Below are positions 56,319-64,000 of a DNA stretch of 64,000 nucleotides, piece by piece. Below the pieces are notes generated by a model. It searched no databases. It was given only the letters and a program-made list of their open reading frames with translations, and was not told the DNA's origin. Origin of the DNA: an uncultured Catonella sp. (lineage in GTDB: Bacteria > Bacillota > Clostridia > Lachnospirales > Lachnospiraceae); contig CAKAER010000003.1 of the NCBI GenBank assembly GCA_916438525.1, positions 827,595 to 891,594 of the forward strand. Reading direction: 5' to 3'. Numbering within the stretch: position 1 is the first letter of the stretch; the number at the start of each line of letters is the position of its first letter. A program made the position numbers and the translations under genes.

Positions 56319-57473
56319 ATGAAAAAAAATAAGATAATTCCATTTTCACTACTTTTTATTACTCTTACTTTTTTAGAGCTTTTCTGTATAGTAAAATATT
56401 CTGATGTCTTTTACTTTCCTTTGGCAGTAGGCATAACCATGCTTGGTTCTGCCTACCTGCTTTTAACTGAAATCAAAGTTTCTGTTACCTCATTTATAAA
56501 GGAAAGAGAAGATAAGGCAAATGAAATAAAGACTGACAATACTGCTTCTGTCGAAAAAGAAGAAGCAGCTAAGCTTGCAAAGGCGACTTATGTGCTTGAG
56601 AAGAGGATTTTAAACCTCCTTGAAGAGCGTATTCTTATGCCGGAAGAAAATATAGAAAACTTAAGTAGTCTCCAAAGTGAAATAGTACGTGCAATTAAGG
56701 CCTCTATTAAATATGAAAGAGAAAATGCAAATCATATAGCTGATATAATTTCAAGCAACCAGGTAGTACCGGATAATTCTATATCACCTGCAGATCTCAA
56801 CCAGATTTTAGCTAAGTTTGATGCACTTGCACTCGAATTAAAAAGCAGTGAACTTACTATCAGCGCTGTTAAAGAGCAACTACAGACCATCACTGATATA
56901 ACAAGGCAGATATCAGATAACAGAGTTCAGTATGTAAGCCAGCCTGTTACAGGTAATATCGGACCTGACTACACTGAGCCGGTAATTGATACAACTTCTA
57001 TTACTAACGAAGAAATAGTAAATGAACCGGCAACCAATGATATCCCTGCTCCGGAAGGAATTGTTGCTGAAGCTGATACTTCCGAAGAAGAGAATATCCC
57101 GGAATTTGTAGATACTTTAACAATGGCCAATAATGATGAGGCTGAACCGGAGCCTGTCCCTGTTTCTGATGATCCAGGCAAAAAAATGAGCCCTGAGGAT
57201 ATCGCTGCTCTCTTTGCTGCCTCTGAACCTGACCCTGCTGCTGAACCTGCTCCTGCTGCTGATCCTGACAAAAAAATGAGTCCTGAAGATATCGCTGCTC
57301 TCTTTGCTTCTGCCAACCTTGATCTTGAGCCTGAGCCAAGTGCTCCGGAGCCTAAGACCGCAATAGAAGCTCTGTCAAAGTCTGTGCCTGAGGTCACTCC
57401 TGTCTCAGACGATCCTAATAAAAAAATGAGTCCTGAAGATATTGCAGCACTCTTTGCTTCAGCAGGACAGTAA
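56319..57473 (+). CDS. Membrane-anchored coiled-coil protein with acidic tail and three DPxKKMSPEDIAALFA repeats
   Basis: Two N-terminal TM helices; repeats encoded at about 57171, 57261 and 57411. Confidence 0.8.
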   Translation: MKKNKIIPFSLLFITLTFLELFCIVKYSDVFYFPLAVGITMLGSAYLLLTEIKVSVTSFIKEREDKANEIKTDNTASVEKEEAAKLAKATYVLEKRILNLLEERILMPEENIENLSSLQSEIVRAIKASIKYERENANHIADIISSNQVVPDNSISPADLNQILAKFDALALELKSSELTISAVKEQLQTITDITRQISDNRVQYVSQPVTGNIGPDYTEPVIDTTSITNEEIVNEPATNDIPAPEGIVAEADTSEEENIPEFVDTLTMANNDEAEPEPVPVSDDPGKKMSPEDIAALFAASEPDPAAEPAPAADPDKKMSPEDIAALFASANLDLEPEPSAPEPKTAIEALSKSVPEVTPVSDDPNKKMSPEDIAALFASAGQ

Positions 57474-57490
57474 AATAGCTTGGAGATGAC

Positions 57491-58436
57491 ATAAAATACA
57501 TAGTTTTCGACCTTGAATGGAATCAGGGATATTCTTCAAAGGAAGAGTCTGAGAGGCCTCTTCCTTTTGAAATTATTGAAATTGGTGCAGTAAAATTAAA
57601 CGAAGATTTTAAAATTATTGATTCTTTTCACAGAATAATAAAACCTGTTGTATATACTGAATTATTTAAGTATACAAAGGAACTTATACCACTAACTGAA
57701 AAAGACCTGTCTAAAGGAACTGACTTTATGACTGCCTGTAAGGATTTCTTAAAATGGTGCAGAAAAAGGAGACAGAAATTACTCTTTCGCCACCTGGGGA
57801 ACCCTCGATCTACTGGAGCTCCAGAGAAATATGGCTTATTTTTGATGTATATAACAGTTTTTCAAGGCCTCTTTATTACTATAATGTACAGTATTTATTT
57901 AATATTTTTTTATGGAAAAATATGACGAAACAGTATTTTCCCTTGAAAATGCAATTAAATATTTAGAATTAGATGAAAATAAAGCCTTCCACAGTGCCAT
58001 TTCAGATGCTGAATATACTGCTGAGATTTTGCAGATTATAAGTGGCATAAATATAAGACTTTATCCTTCAGTAGATACCTACAAGTTTCCTCTGAACAAA
58101 AATCAGGAAGTAAGTATAATATATCCGGATCACAAACTAAGCATCACAAGGGCTTACCGTTCTAAAGAAGCCCTGAAAAAAGCCTCCGAAAACGAACCTT
58201 TCCGCTGTCATATCTGTGGCAGAAATCTACGCAGGCTTGTTCCCTGGTATACCTCTAACTCAAAGAATTATTACATTGTCGGAGAATGCAGAACCCATGG
58301 TTATATGAAGGGAAAGAGGCTTATCAAAAATCCAGATGACAAACATTATTTTGCTATTTCAACACAAAGAACCCTTTCAAAAGACCAGGCAATGACTATG
58401 CTTAAAAATTATAATAACAAAAAGCAGAATATCTGA
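57491..58436 (+). CDS. DEDDh 3'-5' exonuclease with C-terminal Cys/His motif (frameshifted; start unclear)
   Basis: YIVFDLEWNQ, EIIEIGAVK, FHSAISDA, CHIC..CRTHG. Confidence 0.75.
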
Positions 58437-58463
58437 TATTAATTTATCTAAAACAAAACCGGC

Positions 58464-59852
58464 TTACCACTTAAGCCGGTTCCTTTTATTTATTCCTCTT
58501 TTTCTCTGCTTATATCTTCTTCTGGCTGCCTGTGAAGGTCTGATATATACTAATAGCCACCATAACAATCCCAGTATAATCAGCACAGCAACAACAATCA
58601 TTATAACCGCAACATAGTTTAATTTTTTACCGGTATTTTCCTCTACCTTTACTTCTGCAGTGGCTTGCGGTTTTGCAAAAGAATACGCCTTAGAGCTTGT
58701 GTATATAAGCTCTGCATTTCCTATGCATTCCCCGCCATATTGATATTCAACATTTCCTATGCAATTTGCTCCCACCTTTATAGACGTAAGTTCATTTTCT
58801 GTAATTTTTGTGATAACACCATTCATATCACATTTTTTAGGAACTGCAAGAGTAGCCGTTCCCGAAACTGTAAATTCTGCTGAAGGATCATTTTCTAAAA
58901 TATGCTTATAAACGCTGCTTCCACTTTCATTCAGATTAAATGGTATCTTATCCGCCTGCAACATTCTGAAACGCTTAAAAGCATAATCAGTAAGTTTTTT
59001 GGTATTGGTATACTGCACATTCTTACTTTCAGCATTCATTATTACACATACCACATCCATGGCTCCTTTTTTTGCAAAAGAAACCAGGTTAAACTTTGCT
59101 TCTCCTGTATATCCGGTCTTGCCGGCATAACAGTATTCATAAGCATACTCCGGACTTTGCACAGGGTTGAAGAGCTGATGGGTATTTGATAACGGGCGCT
59201 TTTCTTTCATCAGGTTAGTTTCAGGTATTACATGCTTTCTGGTACTTGCAATTTCCCTGAATGCATCTGTCTTAATAGCCTCCCTTGCTATCTTTGCAAG
59301 GTCTGCAGGAGTTGTATAGTGGTCATCTTCATAAAGCCCGCTTGGATTTCTAAAGTGAGTATTGGTACAACCAAGCTCTGCCGCCTTTTCATTCATCATA
59401 TCAGCAAAGGCATCTATGCTTCCTGCTGTATGTATGGCAAGGGCATTTGCCACTTCATTTGCAGAAGCAAGCATAAGCCCATAAAGGCACTCCCTTAGAG
59501 TAAGCTTTTCTCCGGGTGTCATTCCTATGCTGGAACTTCCCCGGTCTGCCGCATCAATCGCTTCCTTGGTAAACTCTACTGTTTCATCAAGCGATTTAGC
59601 GTGTTCTATAGCAAGCAGGGCCGTCATTATCTTAGTTGTACTTGCAGGGTACCACTTTTTATTCTCATTCTTTGAAACCAGAATTGTGCCTGTAGCAAGA
59701 TCCATAACCACAGCTTCTTTCGCCTTAATAGACGGGCACTTTGGCCAGGGTGCAGTGCCGCTGGCCAAAACTGTATTTATATTAAAAGCTGGAAACAATA
59801 TTATTATCATTAAAAACAAAACAAAACTTCTTTTCATATACAACTTTTTCAT
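58464..59852 (-). CDS. D-alanyl-D-alanine carboxypeptidase (S11)
   Basis: PASTTK, SAN, NPSGL, KTG; C-terminal TM helix. Confidence 0.9.
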   Translation of the reverse strand: MKKLYMKRSFVLFLMIIILFPAFNINTVLASGTAPWPKCPSIKAKEAVVMDLATGTILVSKNENKKWYPASTTKIMTALLAIEHAKSLDETVEFTKEAIDAADRGSSSIGMTPGEKLTLRECLYGLMLASANEVANALAIHTAGSIDAFADMMNEKAAELGCTNTHFRNPSGLYEDDHYTTPADLAKIAREAIKTDAFREIASTRKHVIPETNLMKEKRPLSNTHQLFNPVQSPEYAYEYCYAGKTGYTGEAKFNLVSFAKKGAMDVVCVIMNAESKNVQYTNTKKLTDYAFKRFRMLQADKIPFNLNESGSSVYKHILENDPSAEFTVSGTATLAVPKKCDMNGVITKITENELTSIKVGANCIGNVEYQYGGECIGNAELIYTSSKAYSFAKPQATAEVKVEENTGKKLNYVAVIMIVVAVLIILGLLWWLLVYIRPSQAARRRYKQRKRGINKRNRLKW

Positions 59853-60013
59853 AACCTTCTCCAAAACTATTGTACAAACCATTCCCTTACATTTAACCAT
59901 AGAAATGTGGGTATTTCAAGGGTTAATGATATAATTAAATTTCCCTCCTTGACATTCCGGCCTTTTTGTTGTAAAACCTCTTTAGCAATAAGAATTTTTT
60001 TAGTGAGGTCTAT

Positions 60014-60651
60014 ATGAGATTAAGAAACGTACCCGGTTCCAGGGATGATATAGCAAACAGCGAATATGTAATCCATGAACCTGAAAAACATAAAGGAGAG
60101 ATAGCCTCTCTCTTCCCTGTCAAGCAGCCACTTTTTATAGAAATCGGCATGGGAAAGGGGCAGTTTATAACCACTCTTGCTAAGCTTCACCCGGAAATTA
60201 ATTATATTGGTATAGAAAAATATTCCAGTGTACTTGTAAGGGCTATTGAGAAACAGACAGAACTTGAACTTCCTAATCTCAAATTTATCCGTATGGATGC
60301 TGAGAATATAAACGATGTATTTGATGAAAATGAAGTTGACGGAATTTATCTCAACTTTTCAGATCCCTGGCCAAAGGACAGACACGCAAAAAGAAGACTG
60401 ACTTCAAGACAGTTTTTGCAAGATATGAAAAACTGCTTAAACCTGAAGGAAAAATCCAGTTTAAGACCGATAATGCAAGCCTTTTTGATTTCTCTTTAGA
60501 AGAAGTTGAAGCTACAAATTTCAAGGCTGCAGAAATTTCCTATGACCTTCATAACAGCGAATGGAATGAGGGGAATATAATGACAGAGTATGAAGAAAAA
60601 TTTTCTGCAAAAGGGAATCCCATAAAAAGAGTTGTGTTTATAAGGCGATAA
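60014..60651 (+). CDS. trmB: tRNA (guanine-N7)-methyltransferase (frameshift near 60415)
   Basis: EIGMGKG, NFSDPWPK.RHAKRRLT, FKTD, MTEYE.KF. Confidence 0.93.
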
Positions 60652-60667
60652 AACATCTGATAGCGGC

Positions 60668-60704
60668 AAAACTCCGCTACAGCTTCAAACTGTAGCGGAG
60701 TTTT
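60668..60704. terminator. Bidirectional terminator
   Basis: AAACTCCGCTACAG...CTGTAGCGGAGTTT. Confidence 0.85.
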
Positions 60705-60719
60705 TGGAGAGATTTAGGT

Positions 60720-62228
60720 TTATTTCTGTGGATAAAATCCTGATGGAGCATCACTTAAATTTATAAAAATGTTCTTCTGCTGTGTATAAGCATCTAAAAT
60801 ACTTAAATCTGTCTCTCGTCCTATTCCTGATTTCTTGTAGCCGCCAAACGGAGCGCCTGCCGGTATCTGATTGTAAGTATTTACCCACATACGGCCTGTC
60901 TCTACTCGTCTTGCCACATTAATTGCCTTGGTTATATCCTTGGTAAATATTCCGCCTCCAAGTCCATACTCTGAATCATTTGCCATCTTAATTACATCTT
61001 CTGCATCTTTGAACTTGATAATTACGGCTACAGGTCCGAATATTTCTTCCCTTGCCACCCTCATATCATTGGTTACATCTGTGATAAGTGTAGGCTTAAA
61101 GAAGCATCCGTTTGCACAAGCACCTTCAGTATTTCTTTCACCTCCGATTGCAATTGTAGCACCTTCCGACTTAGCAATGTCAATATATGAGCTTACCTTT
61201 TTAACCTGGTTTTCATTTATAGAAGCTCCGATCTGGGTATTCAGACTCAGGGTATCTCCCTGTTCTACAGCTCCAAAAGCCTTCTTTGCGGCTTCAACAA
61301 ATTTTTCATAAATACCTTCCTGTACAAACACTCTTGAACCCGCACAGCAAACCTGTCCCTGATTAAATAGAATACCAACCTGAAGTCCATCTATTGCCTG
61401 TTCCAGGTCACAGTCATCAAAGAATATATTTGCGGACTTACCGCCAAGTTCAAGCGTTGCAGGGATGAGTTTCTCTGCTGCCGCCTTCGCTACATTAAGC
61501 CCTACTTCTGTAGAACCTGTAAATGCAAGCTTTCTGAAGCCCGGATGGTCAAGGATATACTGACCTGACTTAGAACCCTTACCTGTAATAACATTTATTA
61601 CTCCTGCAGGAACTACATCTCCGATAAGCTCCATAAGCACATTAACGCTGAGAGGAGTTTCAGATGAAGTTTTAAGCACTGTACAATCCCCTGCTGCCAG
61701 TACCGGTGCAAGCTTCCATGCAGCCATAAGGAATGGGAAATTCCAAGGAACTATCTGTCCTACTACACCTATAGGCTCACGAAGCACGAGGCTCAATGTC
61801 TCACCCGGGAAATTCGGTGTATTTAAAACCCTTGCCGAATCACTATGAGTAAGTACAGCTCCCGCAAAGTAGCGGAAATGCTCTACTGCCCAAGGCACAT
61901 CTATGTATGTAGTCTCTCTTATAGGTTTTCCATTGTCAAGAGTTTCAACTTCCGCAAGCAGTGCTGAATTAGACTCAATAATGTCTGCTATTTTATATAA
62001 TATAGCCGCTCTTTCCTGTGGAGATACTTCTCTCCAAGCAGGAAATGCCGCCCATGCCGCATTAACTGCATCATCTACATCTTCTTTGGTAGCCTCCGCA
62101 CAGTACGCAAGATGCTCTCCTGTAGCCGGATTCTTTGTAGCAAAAGTTGCCCCATCCGAAGCATCTCTCCACTGTCCGTTGATATAAAGCCCATACTTTT
62201 CTTTGAGTTTAACATTCATGACCTTCAC
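60720..62228 (-). CDS. Aldehyde dehydrogenase
   Basis: PWNFP, FTGST, LELGGKS, GQVCCAGSR, EEIFGPV, PFGGYKKSGIGRE. Confidence 0.95.
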   Translation of the reverse strand: MKVMNVKLKEKYGLYINGQWRDASDGATFATKNPATGEHLAYCAEATKEDVDDAVNAAWAAFPAWREVSPQERAAILYKIADIIESNSALLAEVETLDNGKPIRETTYIDVPWAVEHFRYFAGAVLTHSDSARVLNTPNFPGETLSLVLREPIGVVGQIVPWNFPFLMAAWKLAPVLAAGDCTVLKTSSETPLSVNVLMELIGDVVPAGVINVITGKGSKSGQYILDHPGFRKLAFTGSTEVGLNVAKAAAEKLIPATLELGGKSANIFFDDCDLEQAIDGLQVGILFNQGQVCCAGSRVFVQEGIYEKFVEAAKKAFGAVEQGDTLSLNTQIGASINENQVKKVSSYIDIAKSEGATIAIGGERNTEGACANGCFFKPTLITDVTNDMRVAREEIFGPVAVIIKFKDAEDVIKMANDSEYGLGGGIFTKDITKAINVARRVETGRMWVNTYNQIPAGAPFGGYKKSGIGRETDLSILDAYTQQKNIFINLSDAPSGFYPQK

Positions 62229-62353
62229 CGTTTACCTTTCTGTAAATTAAGTATTTAACTTTTATTTAATTTGTATTATACTGGACTCTGAACATTTTAA
62301 AATATCCAAAATAATAATATTTAAAGATACCAGTTTTATAGAAAGGCAAAGCC

Positions 62354-63754
62354 ATGTATAGATATAAACTTGTGGGACAAAACGACAAACCCGTATATGA
62401 ACTGCTGTATGAATATATTAGAAATGATATATTAACCGGAAAGTTAGTATCCGGAGACAGACTGCCATCAAAGCGAAATATGGCCTCTGATAACAATATC
62501 AGCGTTACCACCGTAGTCAACGCATACAACCAGCTCCTTATGGAAGGCTATATTAAAAGTTTTGAAAAAAAGGGATATTTTGTCTCAGATATCTCTGCCC
62601 TTCCCAGAGTGAAAAAGAAAAATCTCTATGAAAATCCTTTATATGTTGAATACAACTGGTTTGCCGACTTTGGTTCCAACAATATTCTGTATAAAAACTT
62701 CCCTCATTTTACCTGGAAAAAGGTAGTAAGAGAAGTACTTTCAACTTATGAGACAGAGCTTATTATGCGTGGACACCCATTCGGAAATGAAGAACTTAAG
62801 TACGAAATAGCTGATTATCTTTACAGAAATCGCGGAATTACCGTCTCACCGGAACTTATTGTAATAGGCTCAGGCATTGAATTTCTCTACAACCGCCTGA
62901 TTAATGTTTTACCGTCCTCATCAATCTATGCCGTTGAAAATCCCGGATATAAGAAGATTCCGAAACTTTATAACTCTTTCTCTCTTAATTGGAAAAGTAT
63001 AGATATGGATGATGAAGGCATAAATATGAGAGATTTAGAAATAGTCAATCCCAATATCGTACATGTATCACCCGAGCACCATTATCCTTTGGGAACATTT
63101 ATGCCTTTGAAACGCAGGCAGGAGATCTTAGCCTGGGGATGCAGGGCAGCTAACAGATATATAATTGAAGATGATTTTGACTGTGAATTCCGCTATGGTT
63201 CAAAACCTATGCCGGCTCTTAAAAGCCTTGATGTATGTGAAAAAGTTATATATATGAATACCTTTAGCAAAACCCTGTCTCCTGCAATAAGAATCAGCTA
63301 CATGGTGCTTCCTGAAAAGCTTATGAGAAAATATATAGAAAATACTTATTTTTTTACAAACTCAGCCTCTACTTTGGAGCAGCTTGCGCTTGCTCTTTTT
63401 ATAAAAAAAGGATATTTTGAAAGACATATACGAAGAATTAAGAAACTCTACAGGCAGGAAGGTGAGACACTCAGAGAAATATTGCTTACAAATAAAGATA
63501 TTCCGATTATCTCACTTTCCGAAACCCAGAACGGTACACATATACTTGTAAAATTGCGGACAGAACTTTCTGACGATGAGGTCAGAGAAAAAACGGCCAA
63601 AAAAGGTGTGCAGGTAAATTTCTTATCAGATTTCTGTACTAAACCTGAGGCAAAATACGAGCACACCCTCATATTAAATTTTTCTGACCTTGACGAGGAT
63701 ACACAGAAAGAAGCCATATCAAGGTTAGGTTCTGTTTTTACCGGGACTACTTAA
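62354..63754 (+). CDS. MocR/GabR-family regulator (GntR HTH plus PLP aminotransferase domain)
   Basis: RLPSKR, TVVNAY.QL..EGY, IIEDDFD, TFSK.L.PAIRISY. Confidence 0.92.
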   Translation: MYRYKLVGQNDKPVYELLYEYIRNDILTGKLVSGDRLPSKRNMASDNNISVTTVVNAYNQLLMEGYIKSFEKKGYFVSDISALPRVKKKNLYENPLYVEYNWFADFGSNNILYKNFPHFTWKKVVREVLSTYETELIMRGHPFGNEELKYEIADYLYRNRGITVSPELIVIGSGIEFLYNRLINVLPSSSIYAVENPGYKKIPKLYNSFSLNWKSIDMDDEGINMRDLEIVNPNIVHVSPEHHYPLGTFMPLKRRQEILAWGCRAANRYIIEDDFDCEFRYGSKPMPALKSLDVCEKVIYMNTFSKTLSPAIRISYMVLPEKLMRKYIENTYFFTNSASTLEQLALALFIKKGYFERHIRRIKKLYRQEGETLREILLTNKDIPIISLSETQNGTHILVKLRTELSDDEVREKTAKKGVQVNFLSDFCTKPEAKYEHTLILNFSDLDEDTQKEAISRLGSVFTGTT

Positions 63755-64000
63755 ATGTAACTACAGTGGCTCCGGTACCACCTTCATTGTACTCACCTTC
63801 CCTGAAGCTCTTTACATACTTACATTTTTTAAGATAATCATGTACCATGCCTCTAAGTGCTCCCGTTCCACGTCCATGTATTATCCTGACCTGCGGAAGG
63901 TGGGCAAGGTAGGCATCGTCTATGTATTTAATAAGTTCTGCCCTTGCATCATCATAACGAAGTCCCACAATGTTTTTCTCGACACGCACATTCAGACTTT
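63747..64000 (-). CDS. mutS2: C-terminal Smr domain of MutS2 (partial)
   Basis: KYIDDAYLA, IIHGRGTGALR, EGGTGATVV. Confidence 0.85.
   Translation of the reverse strand, partial: SLNVRVEKNIVGLRYDDARAELIKYIDDAYLAHLPQVRIIHGRGTGALRGMVHDYLKKCKYVKSFREGEYNEGGTGATVVTFK

Noticed and set aside
57171..57461. Three spaced DNA repeats as a CRISPR-like array
   Set aside because: They are in-frame coding repeats with synonymous variation and uneven spacing, with no cas genes.

Overview
AT-rich Clostridia chromosome segment, Lachnospiraceae-like by gene content and protein style (inference). Many genes, including housekeeping ones, carry single-base frameshifts mostly in homopolymers, which points to an unpolished long-read assembly. 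From left to right: (1) the probable edge of an integrative island at the guaA 3' end, with a complete IS256-family element (8-bp target duplication); (2) guaA and an M18 aminopeptidase; (3) a late-flagellar cluster (flgM-flgN-flgK-flgK-flgL-fliW-csrA-flaG-fliD-fliS-fliT-like) ending in two near-identical flagellins. Each flagellin has its own sigma28 promoter and CsrA hairpin, and each is followed by a homologous convergent-promoter RNA module: one is a complete type I toxin-antitoxin locus, the other has lost the toxin ORF; (4) housekeeping and transport genes, folT with a THF riboswitch, and tRNA-Lys(CUU); (5) a class IIC group II intron inserted behind the terminator of a higher-GC foreign gene; (6) hicAB, tagD/tagF, a GGDEF protein, pyk, mgtE, tkt, a ThyX-like protein, a membrane protein with three SPEDIAALFA repeats, dac, trmB, an ALDH/MocR pair and the 3' end of mutS2. 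No CRISPR array was seen. The best candidates for new biology are the flagellin-linked type I TA and orphan-antitoxin modules, a possible circle-junction RNA switch in the IS256 ends, and the membrane protein with repeats resembling CheY-binding peptides.
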